NCBI GenBank assembly: GCA_965216465.1
Contig: CBDCFW010000001.1
Span: forward strand, 224,001-288,000
Origin: Bacteroidia bacterium
GTDB taxonomy: Bacteria; Bacteroidota; Bacteroidia; NS11-12g; UBA9320
Length of the DNA stretch: 64,000 nucleotides
Reading direction: 5' to 3'
Shown here: in pieces, positions 39,620 to 50,472 of the stretch
Numbering within the stretch: position 1 is the stretch's first letter
How the letters are laid out: every line of letters begins with the position of its first letter
Notes under the pieces: model-generated
Told to the model about the DNA's origin: nothing
The model's input: the letters and a program-made list of their open reading frames with translations, nothing else
The model's database searches: none
Made by a program: the position numbers and the translations under genes

Positions 39620-40614
39620 TTCTTTTTAACCATGCGATAAGCACTTCGAGACAACTTCCAAAAATTGAATTTTAACTTCTCAGTCCATGAACCTTCATTG
39701 GCCAAATAGAACATTCTTGCCTGTGGTCGCATAGGTTTATTTGAACGTATGTAATTCCACTGGTCTTCACCGAGTCTTTGATTTAAAATTGACATGGCCT
39801 GTTCTTTAAGTTCGTCTTTAACCGAATCATACATGCCAAAAAGAAGATTTAACTGCTGCTTTACGAATTCATCTTTAAATTCAGTGTAATGACCAGATTT
39901 TTGAAGATAGTGTTGGGTTATGTCCATTACCTCTGCAAGATGAAAAAGCTTTTCATTCTTCTTATGGGTTGTGGCTCCTCCTTGTTGTCGATAGTAGCAC
40001 AATCTTTCAGGCAATAGTGCAATCTTATTCAGTGAAGTTATTAAATGCCAATGAACAGGAATATCCTGACGAGTCAATCCTTTTGGAAAATGAATTGCGA
40101 GGTCTCTTGCTACCGCTGTTTTAATTAACTTAATCCAAGTAAAGGCGGGACGTCGAAGCAGGGCCAATTTATCTTCCGCATTTACGTTGATTAGCTCACT
40201 AGCTTTAGCTGAACTAGCCTCAATTTCACTCTCATGAACAAACGAGCAGTAATCCCACAAAACCATGTCACTTTGTTCGCTTTCTGCAAGCTTATATGCC
40301 TTTTCGAAGAGTGTCTCACTCATCAAATCGTCGCCATCAACAAAAGCTACATACTTTCCTTTTGCAAGAGAAAGCGACTGATTTCTTGCCACCGCGAGAC
40401 CTTCATTGTGCTCTTTGAGAATAACTTGAACTCTTCGATCCTTTTCTGCGTACTCAAGCAAGATGTCTTTAGTTCGATCTGTTGAACCATCATCGATGCA
40501 GATAATCTCAATATCTCTTAAAGTTTGATTAACAATGCATTCGAGACTGTCACGTACAAACTCTTCCACATTGTACGTAGACATTGTTACAGAAACGAGC
40601 GGCTTAGTTTTCAT
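39616..40614 (-). CDS. Glycosyltransferase family 2
   Basis: YNVEE, IDDGSTD, GLAVARN, FVDGDD. Confidence 0.9.
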   Translation of the reverse strand: MKTKPLVSVTMSTYNVEEFVRDSLECIVNQTLRDIEIICIDDGSTDRTKDILLEYAEKDRRVQVILKEHNEGLAVARNQSLSLAKGKYVAFVDGDDLMSETLFEKAYKLAESEQSDMVLWDYCSFVHESEIEASSAKASELINVNAEDKLALLRRPAFTWIKLIKTAVARDLAIHFPKGLTRQDIPVHWHLITSLNKIALLPERLCYYRQQGGATTHKKNEKLFHLAEVMDITQHYLQKSGHYTEFKDEFVKQQLNLLFGMYDSVKDELKEQAMSILNQRLGEDQWNYIRSNKPMRPQARMFYLANEGSWTEKLKFNFWKLSRSAYRMVKKK

Positions 40615-41740
40615 CGATTATGGTTTCCTTCTCTTTCTTCGACATGGAGAGAGCAGATGCTATAACTTGATCCATATCGTAGTATTTATATTGTGCTAAT
40701 CTTCCCCCAAAAATTACATTTTCACACGCATCAGCGAGCTTTTTATATTGACTATATAGCTTCTTATTTTTTTCGTCGTTGATCGGATAATATGGTTGCT
40801 TTTCTTTGCTCCATTCTTGTGGATACTCCTTAGTAATTACAGTCTTGGGTTGTGTTCCAAATTCAAAATGCTTATGCTCAACTATTCGGGTATACTTAGT
40901 TTCAGGATCGGTATAATTAACGATTGCGTTGTTTTGAAAATTAGGAGTATCTAAGGTCTCTTCGTCAAATCTTAGGCTTCTGTACTCGAGTTCACCAAAC
41001 TGATAGTTAAAATATGCATCCAATTTCCCGGTGTAGACTAGTTTATTTCCGAGTTTCTCTAAACTGTCTTTGTGATTAAAATAGTCAGTCTCAAGAATTA
41101 CTTCAACTCCTTCCAATAACCCATCAATTATCGCATTGTATCCGCCTTTTGGTATTCCTTGGTACTTATCATTAAAATAGTTGTTATCGTATTCAAGACG
41201 AACGGGAATTCTTTTCAATATAGATGCCGGTAAATCTTGACACTGCCTACCCCACTGCTTTTCGGTATACCCTTTAATGAGTTTCGAATAAATTTCTGGT
41301 CCCACCGTAGAAAGTGCCAGCTCTTCGAGTGACTGAATTGAAGTTTTTTTGAATGGTTTGGTTTCTTCTTCAATCTTGCTTCTTGCTTGCTCGACTGTTT
41401 CGGTTCCCCACATTTGAAAAAACGTATTCATGTTAAACGGTAAATTATACTTCTCACCATAATAGTTAGCCATAGGCTTATTAATGAAGTGATTGAATTC
41501 GGCGAACTGATTCACAAAGTTCCAAATGGTCTCATCATTGGTATGGAATATATGTGGACCGTACTTGTGAACCGTTATGCCTTCTTTCTTTTCGCAATAC
41601 ACGTTTCCGCCTACATGCTTTCTGCAATCAATTACAAGGCATGTTTTATTAATCTTATGCATTTCATAGGCGAATACAGATCCAAAAAGACCCGAACCCA
41701 CTATCACATAATCGTACTTTTCTAACTTCGTTTTTAGCAA
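40604..41740 (-). CDS. glf: UDP-galactopyranose mutase
   Basis: VGSGLFG, HKYGPHIFHT, YTEKQWG, YFND.YQG, YRSL, PYYP, GRLAQYKYYDM. Confidence 0.95.
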   Translation of the reverse strand: MLKTKLEKYDYVIVGSGLFGSVFAYEMHKINKTCLVIDCRKHVGGNVYCEKKEGITVHKYGPHIFHTNDETIWNFVNQFAEFNHFINKPMANYYGEKYNLPFNMNTFFQMWGTETVEQARSKIEEETKPFKKTSIQSLEELALSTVGPEIYSKLIKGYTEKQWGRQCQDLPASILKRIPVRLEYDNNYFNDKYQGIPKGGYNAIIDGLLEGVEVILETDYFNHKDSLEKLGNKLVYTGKLDAYFNYQFGELEYRSLRFDEETLDTPNFQNNAIVNYTDPETKYTRIVEHKHFEFGTQPKTVITKEYPQEWSKEKQPYYPINDEKNKKLYSQYKKLADACENVIFGGRLAQYKYYDMDQVIASALSMSKKEKETIIDEN

Positions 41741-42748
41741 CTAGTTTGAACTTTTCTTAACCAAATTACGCAACCAAGTTTTCACCTTGAGCGACCGTAA
41801 TGTTCGCAAGGTTGCAATGAACAAGGGGTACGGAAGCAACTTAAACATCTTCTTAACCCAAGGTTCTAAAACTTTAGAAGGGGTGTTTACTATACTACCA
41901 TCCCAAACCGTTTCACTCATCAGTTGAAGATATTCATTCTTCATTGGATGAAAATTTCCTTTGATCCATGGTCTATCAGTTAGGAACGGAACCAGATGGA
42001 CAAATACAGGATTCTTTTGGGCCTCTAAAAACGTGGCCTTATCGTAATAACTCGATATATTAAAGTAATCAAGTAAATGTTCATATTTCATGCATGCCAC
42101 AGGGGTCATGGCATTAAATTTTGGGTGAATAATCTTCTTCTTTAAACAAACTCCATTAATTGTTCCTTGATCATGATAGGTTACCTTTCCTTCATATTTA
42201 GCAATAAAATCTAGCATTTGGCCTTCTAGATTATCTTCTCTCCATTGTTTCAAATTAATTACGAGCATTCCAGCATTTACGTAATCATCATCTGGTTTAA
42301 GGCCAACAGCTGTTTTATTAAATTCTGAAATCACATCTAGCACCCCCGCAATATCGTAGCCTTCAACATCTATATTCCAAAGTTCGAAGAGATCTCCATC
42401 AATATAGCTGTCACAATCCATATAAATCACCTTGTCAACCGACTGAGGCAGTAGTTTGGGAAGAAATAGTCTGTAATAAGTTGCGAGAGAACGAACATTC
42501 AGTTTTATGGTTTTCTCAAGATATTCATGAATTGCCTTGGTATCGATATAAATGATCTTTGAATCATACTTATCTCCAATGGCTGTAATTTCCGACCTAT
42601 TCTTTTCGGAAATATTCATGTCCATTACATAAATAGTTATCTCTGATCCATTTTCTTTCTGCTTTTGGTGATTGCTCTTCAGAATAGAATATATAGCTAC
42701 GCCTAAATAGGGGGCGTAATTGTTATCAGAGCTTAAAATTATATTCAT
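41741..42748 (-). CDS. Glycosyltransferase family 8
   Basis: DNNY, TYYRL, YMDCD, NAGMLVINL..WR, HDQGTIN. Confidence 0.9.
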   Translation of the reverse strand: MNIILSSDNNYAPYLGVAIYSILKSNHQKQKENGSEITIYVMDMNISEKNRSEITAIGDKYDSKIIYIDTKAIHEYLEKTIKLNVRSLATYYRLFLPKLLPQSVDKVIYMDCDSYIDGDLFELWNIDVEGYDIAGVLDVISEFNKTAVGLKPDDDYVNAGMLVINLKQWREDNLEGQMLDFIAKYEGKVTYHDQGTINGVCLKKKIIHPKFNAMTPVACMKYEHLLDYFNISSYYDKATFLEAQKNPVFVHLVPFLTDRPWIKGNFHPMKNEYLQLMSETVWDGSIVNTPSKVLEPWVKKMFKLLPYPLFIATLRTLRSLKVKTWLRNLVKKSSN

Positions 42749-42769
42749 TTAATATTTGTAGTTTCTGAA

Positions 42770-43561
42770 TTATTTTTCTTTTGAGGATAAATTGAATTTT
42801 CTTAAAATTTTAAGATACAACCTATAAGCCTTTCTTAAGGGCAGAGACCAATTAATGATTTGATATTCAACCTTATACCTTTGGTACGATTTAGGCTTCC
42901 GTGCTGCATTCTTGTAGTGAAGAATAAGGCCGTCTGTAAGGCTAACATCGTTATACTTTGCAGGATTAAGAAATTTGGTTTCAGCTCCTTTTATTGAAAC
43001 AGACTGGTCAACAAGATCATATAAATCTTTACCATCGTAAGTAAGTAAGTTACTTAAAGCTAACTGGTCAGATGTATTCGGCTTTTTAGCTTCTTCAATC
43101 CAGAGATTAACAAAATCCTTTACACGTTTGTTGTTATTAAAGTACAAAATCCCCGAGTTGATATGTCCATTTTTATACAACTCAGCATAACGCTCTGTTT
43201 CATGTCTTGGAGTGAACGCTAAATCGTGTTGAATAAAGGATAAGTCTTCCTTATCAATCTTTCGCTTAAAGAGCATATCTGCGTCCAAAAAGAGAGCCGC
43301 TTGGTTGTTGGTGCTTAAAAAGTGGGCAACACATAAGGGTTTGTGAACAGCTTTAATAAATCCATCCGTTGTATATCCTGAAAAGGAATCTTCAACATCA
43401 ATTTTAACAATTTTACTCTTGAGTTTTTTCCGCTGACTTTTAAGAAGGCCTAAGTCGTAAATAACTGGGTATTCTCCAAATTGTTTAAATATATTTCGTT
43501 CGAACCTCCAAAGAAACTTAAAGTAGTTTTTGTCACCACTGGTAACAACCGATAGATTCAT
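42770..43561 (-). CDS. Nucleotide-diphospho-sugar transferase (GT-A, GT77-like)
   Basis: YDLGL, KP, FLDAD, INSGILYF, SDQLAL; start moved to MNLSVV. Confidence 0.65.
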   Translation of the reverse strand: MNLSVVTSGDKNYFKFLWRFERNIFKQFGEYPVIYDLGLLKSQRKKLKSKIVKIDVEDSFSGYTTDGFIKAVHKPLCVAHFLSTNNQAALFLDADMLFKRKIDKEDLSFIQHDLAFTPRHETERYAELYKNGHINSGILYFNNNKRVKDFVNLWIEEAKKPNTSDQLALSNLLTYDGKDLYDLVDQSVSIKGAETKFLNPAKYNDVSLTDGLILHYKNAARKPKSYQRYKVEYQIINWSLPLRKAYRLYLKILRKFNLSSKEK

Positions 43562-43568
43562 CGAGGGA

Positions 43569-44534
43569 TTATGCACGTTGTTTTGAACTAAATTCCTTGT
43601 GGTATTTGTAAAGCGAATTGTATAATCTCTTGTCTCCCATCTCGACGAAAAAATACCATACCCTTCTTACAGCCTTAGACAATATATTGTACTTCAATAC
43701 ATTTTTATAGAACTTGAAGTAGCGGTACTTAATATGAAAAAACACTTTTTCAAGCAAGGAATAGTGTGGATAGAACAAATCGTGAATCAAGTCTCTGAAC
43801 AAAATGCTAAAGTTTCTAATTTCAGAGTTTTGCTCATCTTTTTTGTTTGTGATTGAGTGGGTGTTTAATCTGTAGTTTACTGTTTTCTTTTGCAAGTAAT
43901 GAAACTTGTTTCCGGCAAGCAACCAATCGTAGTAAGCTGGTCGATCTTCAACAAACCTGTAAGCCTCATTGTATCCTCCATGTTCAACAAAGGCTGACCT
44001 CTTGTAAAAGGTAGTAGGCCCATGAATTATAACATGACGAATAATCGCTTTAAGTTGATACTCGTTATCCATTTCAGAAAACAAGATGGCCCTTCTATTA
44101 TTTTCTAAGTCTGGGTCAACTAAATTTTCTGGAGTGATATAATCTCTATACGTGTTAAAGTTTGAAAAGCAAAACGTTATCGACTCGTCTGTAGAAACAA
44201 AATCAAGGAAGTTTTCGATGCAGTCGTGCTCAAGCGTATCATCACCAGCAATAAGCTTCACCCAATCACCTTTTGCCTTAGCCAAGCCTTGATTGCAGTT
44301 TTTAGGAATTCCTTGGTTTTGGGGTGATGTTACTAAGGTTGCTCTTACAAACCTATTTGAATTGCTTGCTATCCATTTCTCGCATGCAGACACCGTTTGA
44401 TCTTTAGAACAATCGTCGCTAATAATTAGCTCAATATTGCTATAAGACTGCGCTTTAATGCTGTTTAAAGTTTCAATAACATACTGCTCAGAATGGTATG
44501 TAATTACAACAATGGAGACTAGAGGATTATTCAT
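43569..44534 (-). CDS. Glycosyltransferase family 2
   Basis: PLVSIVVITY, SDDCSKD, IAGDD, VED. Confidence 0.9.
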   Translation of the reverse strand: MNNPLVSIVVITYHSEQYVIETLNSIKAQSYSNIELIISDDCSKDQTVSACEKWIASNSNRFVRATLVTSPQNQGIPKNCNQGLAKAKGDWVKLIAGDDTLEHDCIENFLDFVSTDESITFCFSNFNTYRDYITPENLVDPDLENNRRAILFSEMDNEYQLKAIIRHVIIHGPTTFYKRSAFVEHGGYNEAYRFVEDRPAYYDWLLAGNKFHYLQKKTVNYRLNTHSITNKKDEQNSEIRNFSILFRDLIHDLFYPHYSLLEKVFFHIKYRYFKFYKNVLKYNILSKAVRRVWYFFVEMGDKRLYNSLYKYHKEFSSKQRA

Positions 44535-44558
44535 CCTAATTAATTTAAAACTGAGTTC

Positions 44559-46040
44559 TTACCGCTTTATTCGCCCTTTAAACTTCACCAAAATTTCTTT
44601 AATGGGAATAATTTGATTAAACCTGTTCAACGAAAATGTCAAAAGAATAATGTAAACAGCTCCTCCTACATAATATTTAAGATTTACCGGTAAGGTCATC
44701 ATTAAAACAAAAATTATAGCAAGCAATGCAAACAGCATTAGTGATGTACTGATCATTTTAGTTGAATACGAAAAAGCTATCACTCTTTTAACTAGTATGA
44801 AGTTAATCGAGTAGTTTATCACATAAGCCAGTAAAAAAGCAACTCCAATAGCTTCAAGACCCAGTTTAGGAAGAAGAATTATGGTTGTACCTACGTAAGT
44901 AATATTCCAAACCGCCTGATTTAAAACAAAGTATGTTCCCTTCGCTTTGCTTAAGATTACGAATCCTTTGGGCCAGCTAATTAGCCGAATACTTACTCCC
45001 AACAACATCCAAATTAACAGATTTACAGCTTCCAAGAACTCGGCTGAATAAAACAACAGAATAATCACCTTTGAAAATAACATCATCAGAGCTACCAAAG
45101 GAATTCCTAACAAGATGGTGACCATTGATTGTTCATTCACCAATTGTGTCATTTTATTGTGGTCATTATTGACTTCACTGAGTCTTGGAAAATAATCGGT
45201 ACCCAGCGTTGAGAGCAGTATATCTAAATAATAAACAGATAAGGTTGATGCCACCGAGAATAACCCGACCATTTCAACTCCAGAATAGTTATTTAGGTAA
45301 ATACGCAGGTAGTATGCCATTACCGTAGTTATCAATCCTGCAACTACAGTAAAGAAACCCAGTTTAATCATCCCCTTTCCATGCTGAATACTATCTTTAA
45401 TCGGAAGAGTAATTTTCTCAAATTTGACCTTTCTAGAGTAAAAGAAAGACAAAATGAGATTGACAAATGCCGTGAGTATTAAAACAGGTACAATTCCCTT
45501 TATTTCATAGAAGTAATAAATCGGCACAGTAACCAGCAATCCCAGCACAGAACCTAAAATATTAGCTTTTGCAAGGTCTTTAATTCTTCTATAACCTCTG
45601 ATCAACGCCATCTGGCCTCCGCTGAGGGCAGTGAATAAAATACTTATTGAAAGTAAGATAAAATCTAATCTGTGTTCGTTATCTCCAAATGTCCATTCAC
45701 TCAGTTGAGAGCTAAGCACTACCACAAGTACTACACCAAACAAACCAGTAAACCAGACCCATCTTCGCAACGTAACAATGGTTTTAGAGATTCTTTTCTG
45801 ATCGTTAGACCCAACAGCTTCTGCAATATCCTTTACCGAGCTAAAACCTAACCCGAGGTGAGCAAAATTTTGGATCATAGTAATAGCCGAAGTAAAAAGA
45901 CTAATAATTCCTACACCAGTAGATCCCAAAAGGATGGCAACTACCTTAGTTCGAATTATACCAATTCCAATTGTAAAAACCTTTGAACCGCCAATAATAC
46001 CGGTAGATTTAACAATGCTCTTATAGCTCGTGTTTTTCAC
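44559..46040 (-). CDS. wzx: Wzx O-antigen translocase (module A)
   Basis: KSTGIIGG, RTKVVAILLG..GVG, DYFPRLS; multi-TM, WzxE-like. Confidence 0.88.
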   Translation of the reverse strand: MKNTSYKSIVKSTGIIGGSKVFTIGIGIIRTKVVAILLGSTGVGIISLFTSAITMIQNFAHLGLGFSSVKDIAEAVGSNDQKRISKTIVTLRRWVWFTGLFGVVLVVVLSSQLSEWTFGDNEHRLDFILLSISILFTALSGGQMALIRGYRRIKDLAKANILGSVLGLLVTVPIYYFYEIKGIVPVLILTAFVNLILSFFYSRKVKFEKITLPIKDSIQHGKGMIKLGFFTVVAGLITTVMAYYLRIYLNNYSGVEMVGLFSVASTLSVYYLDILLSTLGTDYFPRLSEVNNDHNKMTQLVNEQSMVTILLGIPLVALMMLFSKVIILLFYSAEFLEAVNLLIWMLLGVSIRLISWPKGFVILSKAKGTYFVLNQAVWNITYVGTTIILLPKLGLEAIGVAFLLAYVINYSINFILVKRVIAFSYSTKMISTSLMLFALLAIIFVLMMTLPVNLKYYVGGAVYIILLTFSLNRFNQIIPIKEILVKFKGRIKR

Positions 46041-46063
46041 TAAGAATTAGTATATCTAGATTT

Positions 46064-46966
46064 TTATTCGAAATCTTTCCAAGGAGTAAAATCCATCTGC
46101 GTCAATTCTTTCAATTGAGCAACGTCTTGTTCATAGAGATTTTTAAGCCAGGCTCGATCAGTTTCGCTAAGCCCTGAATTCGTTTCAACTCGAAACTTAG
46201 AATTAAGTGCTTTCATCATGCCCCACTTAAATTCTTTTAGCTTGGTGACCATTTTGGGGCTAAGAATCTTCTCCAGTCCTTTAAACGCAGTTGAGTAGTT
46301 AAATACTTTGTTTATGCGGTGATACAATACGGCGTTGCTGTAGTTTACTGTTGAATTTGTTTTAACAGTATCAATAGATTCTAGACTAGAGAGTCCTAAG
46401 AAATTGAAGCATTTATTGACCTCTTTAAGTGGGTCTTTTTTTAGGTCTTCGGTAAGAATTATGAGGATGTTTTCTGCACCAAAATTTTCATAATACTGTT
46501 TGATATACTTGGCATACAAACCGTATTGGTAGTAAAACCTAAATCCATATTCAAACCGGACTGTATAATCGGGTTGGTCATCCTTGTCTTTAAGAATGGC
46601 AGTTCTAAAATCTAACTTTTCACCAACCAAACTATTTACCCAATTGTAATGGGAAAATATGCGCTCGATTGGGTTTCGAAGTACAAAAATGAATTTGGGA
46701 TTTTCGATATCAGATTTTATTCGTTCAACTACGTTGTCGAACACCATGTAGCCGGTTGAAGATTCGCCTCTGTACTTGGCGTCTTTCCCTGGTTGAAAGT
46801 AGCCGTAATATTCATCTTTCTCTTCGTTATAGCGTTGGTCATGAGAAAAAAAGTGAGGCTCTTTATTCTCCGACATATAAATATCTGGATGCATGTTAAG
46901 ATAGACATGCAATGAACTGGTGCCTGATTTCGCGGCTCCAGGAACAAACAAATTGGGTTTAGTCAT
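46064..46966 (-). CDS. Sulfotransferase
   Basis: [36 protein letters not shown]. Confidence 0.9.
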   Translation of the reverse strand: MTKPNLFVPGAAKSGTSSLHVYLNMHPDIYMSENKEPHFFSHDQRYNEEKDEYYGYFQPGKDAKYRGESSTGYMVFDNVVERIKSDIENPKFIFVLRNPIERIFSHYNWVNSLVGEKLDFRTAILKDKDDQPDYTVRFEYGFRFYYQYGLYAKYIKQYYENFGAENILIILTEDLKKDPLKEVNKCFNFLGLSSLESIDTVKTNSTVNYSNAVLYHRINKVFNYSTAFKGLEKILSPKMVTKLKEFKWGMMKALNSKFRVETNSGLSETDRAWLKNLYEQDVAQLKELTQMDFTPWKDFE

Positions 46967-48062
46967 ATTTATTGCAAGCCTCTACAATTGCTTGCATTTC
47001 AGTATTAGACAATACTCCACTTATCGGTAAGCTTAACACTTCTTTATGAACTTTCTCAGTTATCGGAAAACTCAGGTCATTCCACTTAGAATAAGCCTCC
47101 TGCTTGTGTGGCGGTATGGGGTAGTGAATTAAGGTTTGTACTCCTTCTTGCTTCAAAAACTCTTGAAATTTTTCTCTATTTTGAGTTCGTGTTACAAAGA
47201 GATGCCAAACATGCTCTTCTACATTGCCAGGCATTTGCGGTAGTACGATCTTGCTATTTTTAATATTTTTTGTGAAGAAGTCTGCAACTTCTCTGCGACG
47301 TCTAAAGTCTTCTTTAATGTGTCGAAGTTTTACACTTAGAAAAGCGGCTTGTATCTCATCCATTCGAGAGTTCAAGCCTTGATATTTATTAACGTACTTC
47401 TGAGTTGAACCATAATTGGCCAAAGCCCTTACCGTTTTGTTTAGCTCTTCATCTTTGCAAGTTACTGCTCCTGAATCGCCCAGTGCTCCAAGATTCTTTC
47501 CAGGATAAAAGCTAAATCCTGCAGCATCTCCAAGGTTTCCAGTCTTAATACCACCATATTCTGCTCCTATAGCTTGTGCATTATCTTCAATAATTTTGAG
47601 ATTATACTTTGAAGCTAGATCATTTAGTTTATCTGACCAACAAGTTCTTCCATAAAGATGGACGACCATAATCGCTTTAGTTTTGCTGGTAATCTGCTTC
47701 TCAATCTTGTCTATATCTAAATTATACGTATCTAAATCTGGCTCAACCAGCACTGGAACTAGGTTGTTATTGGAAATGGCTAAGATTGAGGCTATGTAGG
47801 TATTTGCAGGCACGATTACCTCATCGCCTGGTTTCATCTGACCTAGCTCTACGTAGGCATTAAAAATTAATCTAAGTGCATCCAAGCCATTTGCAACAGC
47901 TGTTGTATAGGGAGCCCCGATAAACTCTCTTAATTCGTTTTCAAAATTTTCTACCTCCTTACCGAGTAGATACCAACCTGAATCTATAACTCTACTAGCG
48001 GCTTCTTTAAGATCTGCTTCGTGTTGAGCGTTAATCTTTTGAATATCAAGAAATTTAATCAT
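46959..48062 (-). CDS. fdtB: dTDP-3-amino-3,6-dideoxyhexose aminotransferase (FdtB/QdtB-like)
   Basis: [43 protein letters not shown]; adjacent to fdtA-like genes. Confidence 0.8.
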   Translation of the reverse strand: MIKFLDIQKINAQHEADLKEAASRVIDSGWYLLGKEVENFENELREFIGAPYTTAVANGLDALRLIFNAYVELGQMKPGDEVIVPANTYIASILAISNNNLVPVLVEPDLDTYNLDIDKIEKQITSKTKAIMVVHLYGRTCWSDKLNDLASKYNLKIIEDNAQAIGAEYGGIKTGNLGDAAGFSFYPGKNLGALGDSGAVTCKDEELNKTVRALANYGSTQKYVNKYQGLNSRMDEIQAAFLSVKLRHIKEDFRRRREVADFFTKNIKNSKIVLPQMPGNVEEHVWHLFVTRTQNREKFQEFLKQEGVQTLIHYPIPPHKQEAYSKWNDLSFPITEKVHKEVLSLPISGVLSNTEMQAIVEACNKYD

Positions 48063-48613
48063 GGTATTAGTTTCAGTTCCCCATCACTAAATTCATAGAT
48101 GTTACCTGAATTTTTGTGATGAAGATTTAGATCTAAAATGTCTCCTTTTTGGGTAACATACCCCACTTTTTTAGCTGGATTTCCTCTCCACAGTTCATAA
48201 TCTCCCACAGATTTAGTAACCACAGATCCCGCTCCAATTAATGCATACTTGCCAATCGTATTTCCTCCCAATATGGTTGCGTTCGCTCCTATTGACGCTC
48301 CTTCTTTAACTAGAGTTTTTAAGAATGTATCAGGATACTGTTTTGAACGCGGCGAAAAATCGTTGGTAAAGGTAGCGTTAGGGCCAATAAACACATTGCT
48401 TTCCAAGGTAATCCCATCCCATATTTGAACACCAGGTTTTATGGTAACGTTGTCTCCGATTACAACATCATTCTCAATAAAAACATTCATATTGATGTTA
48501 CAATTCTTACCAACAATAGCGTTAGCTAAAATCACAACAAATTGCCATACTGTGGTTCCTTCGCCAATGTGTTGAGATTGTACATCCGCGCTTGAATGAA
48601 ATTTATTCGCCAT
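48059..48613 (-). CDS. Hexapeptide N-acetyltransferase (WxcM/QdtC/WbpD-like)
   Basis: VWQF, FIENDV, FTND..PRS, GANATI, GNPAK. Confidence 0.85.
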   Translation of the reverse strand: MANKFHSSADVQSQHIGEGTTVWQFVVILANAIVGKNCNINMNVFIENDVVIGDNVTIKPGVQIWDGITLESNVFIGPNATFTNDFSPRSKQYPDTFLKTLVKEGASIGANATILGGNTIGKYALIGAGSVVTKSVGDYELWRGNPAKKVGYVTQKGDILDLNLHHKNSGNIYEFSDGELKLIP

Positions 48614-49025
48614 TTCTGCTTTTCAAATATTCGTTATAATCTCTGATGTAATCTTCTTCTTGATATTGATGAGAAGCCAAAACCAAACATATTGCACCTG
48701 ACGAGAACTCCTTTTCTGCTGCCCAAATTCCAGGAGGAATGTGTAATCCAAAGTAAGGTCTATTCAGATTAAACTCTTTTTTAGATACACCGTCTTCAAC
48801 CTCAACCATAAAACTTCCGCTTGCGGCAACCAACAATTGATGACACTCTTTGTGCGAATGTGCTCCTCTATCTTCTCCACCTGGGATGTCATAGATGTAG
48901 AAAATTCTTTTTACATCAAATGTGGAGATTCCGTTTTGAACAACAGTGATGTTACCTGCATCATTCTTGATTTTTGATAGGTCAATTATTTTGCAGCTAT
49001 CAACAGTATTCTTTCTATTTCCCAT
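48603..49025 (-). CDS. fdtA: dTDP-4-keto-6-deoxyglucose 3,4-ketoisomerase (FdtA/QdtA cupin)
   Basis: KRIFYIYD, RGAHSHK, GSF, LVLAS..Y.E.DYIR. Confidence 0.85.
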   Translation of the reverse strand: MGNRKNTVDSCKIIDLSKIKNDAGNITVVQNGISTFDVKRIFYIYDIPGGEDRGAHSHKECHQLLVAASGSFMVEVEDGVSKKEFNLNRPYFGLHIPPGIWAAEKEFSSGAICLVLASHQYQEEDYIRDYNEYLKSRNGE

Positions 49026-49422
49026 CTATAAGCTCCTTAAATTCTATAAAATCTCTGATGTAATCACCTTCATTATAAGGAATTGATGATACAATTAATG
49101 CTACTGCATTGGTAGAAAAGTTTTCTAAAGTTCTCCAAAGCATTTGAGGTACGTAAAGTCCATAATATGATCTATTTAGGCTGAATTTTTGTTCTTGCTT
49201 TCCGTCGTGCAACAAAACATCAAAGCTGCCCGAGAGAGCAATTATTACTTCTTGAGATTCTTTAAATGCATGGCTACCACGTACCTGCCCACCTGGAACA
49301 TCATAGATCCAATAGGCTCTTTTTATTTCAAATGGAAGTTGACTATTATTTTCAAAGAAACTCAGGTTTCCTCGTTTGTCTAGGATTTTGGGTAGTTCAA
49401 TAATTTTGGTTTCTTCCATCAA
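49015..49422 (-). CDS. FdtA/QdtA-like cupin, second copy
   Basis: DKRGNL, KRAYWIYDVP, RGSHAFK, DYIR. Confidence 0.82.
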   Translation of the reverse strand: MMEETKIIELPKILDKRGNLSFFENNSQLPFEIKRAYWIYDVPGGQVRGSHAFKESQEVIIALSGSFDVLLHDGKQEQKFSLNRSYYGLYVPQMLWRTLENFSTNAVALIVSSIPYNEGDYIRDFIEFKELIDGK

Positions 49423-50468
49423 TTCAGCATCGGTTTGATTTCTTTCTGGTAGTATGAAAATCCTATTATGATAATAATTCCGGTTACTATTCCTATCATG
49501 AATAAAATTATACTACCCAAGAGTCTAAAATTATTCGCATTATGCAAAGGAAGGTAAGGTGAATCTATAGCCTGAAAGAAAGGGGTTTGGCTGTTCAATA
49601 AAAACTGTGCAGTTTCCTTATTTTTCAACACTTCGCTATACATCGTGCTATACATTTCAATATCTCTCATGCTACGAGCATAATCTATTCTGTCTTGAGT
49701 TAGTACCAATCCTCTATTAAAATCTGTAGACCTTGCAAATTGTAATTCACTTGCACTTAGTAAACTGTATATTGAGTCTGCCTTATTTTCTAATTGCTCG
49801 TAAGTTTCACGCTGACGTTCAATGCTTTTGTCGATATAAAACTTTGAAAGTTTTGCGTATAACGTTTCTACAATTGCAATACTTAGCTTAGGATTTTTTG
49901 TTTGTCCTGAGATTTTTAAGATTGAGCTTTCTCCACCGAAAGTAATTTTAACCAATCTTTTGGAGCTAGGATTTGAAAGGTCGCCCTTTAGCTTTGACTC
50001 TAATATTTTTCTAGCAACCCTTCCTTTTTTCGAGTTAAAGTTTGATTGTGTGAAGACAAAATCAAATAGGAATGTGTCTTTATTCCAATTCTTATGCAGA
50101 TTTTCAAGCCGAATAATGTGATTGGCAATGAAATCTGTAGTGTCTTCAATTTCAGCTTTCTCGAATAACACTTGATCAAGGATGAGGTTTGAAGTTCCAA
50201 TTTCAAGAATCTTCTGGTAGTTGTAGTTACCTCCACCCATGCCTCCAAGTCCGAACTGACCTAGAATTGAGGCCACACCACCTCCGCCACCTTCATCGTC
50301 ACTCACCATAAAAGTTTTATCGGCTATGTACAATGGTGGTTTGTTCAATGAAAGAAAAACAGAAACGACTGCAAAAATTAGCCCGACACTTAGAATGATA
50401 AACTTCCGTTTCCAAATCGCTTTACCGTACCAACTTAAGTCTTGAACTATTTCCTTGGTTGTAATCAT
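49419..50468 (-). CDS. Wzz-like polysaccharide co-polymerase (module A)
   Basis: Two terminal TM helices, Gly-rich ILGQFG segment, coiled coil, IDSPYLP. Confidence 0.75.
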   Translation of the reverse strand: MITTKEIVQDLSWYGKAIWKRKFIILSVGLIFAVVSVFLSLNKPPLYIADKTFMVSDDEGGGGGVASILGQFGLGGMGGGNYNYQKILEIGTSNLILDQVLFEKAEIEDTTDFIANHIIRLENLHKNWNKDTFLFDFVFTQSNFNSKKGRVARKILESKLKGDLSNPSSKRLVKITFGGESSILKISGQTKNPKLSIAIVETLYAKLSKFYIDKSIERQRETYEQLENKADSIYSLLSASELQFARSTDFNRGLVLTQDRIDYARSMRDIEMYSTMYSEVLKNKETAQFLLNSQTPFFQAIDSPYLPLHNANNFRLLGSIILFMIGIVTGIIIIIGFSYYQKEIKPMLN

Positions 50469-50472
50469 TGTT

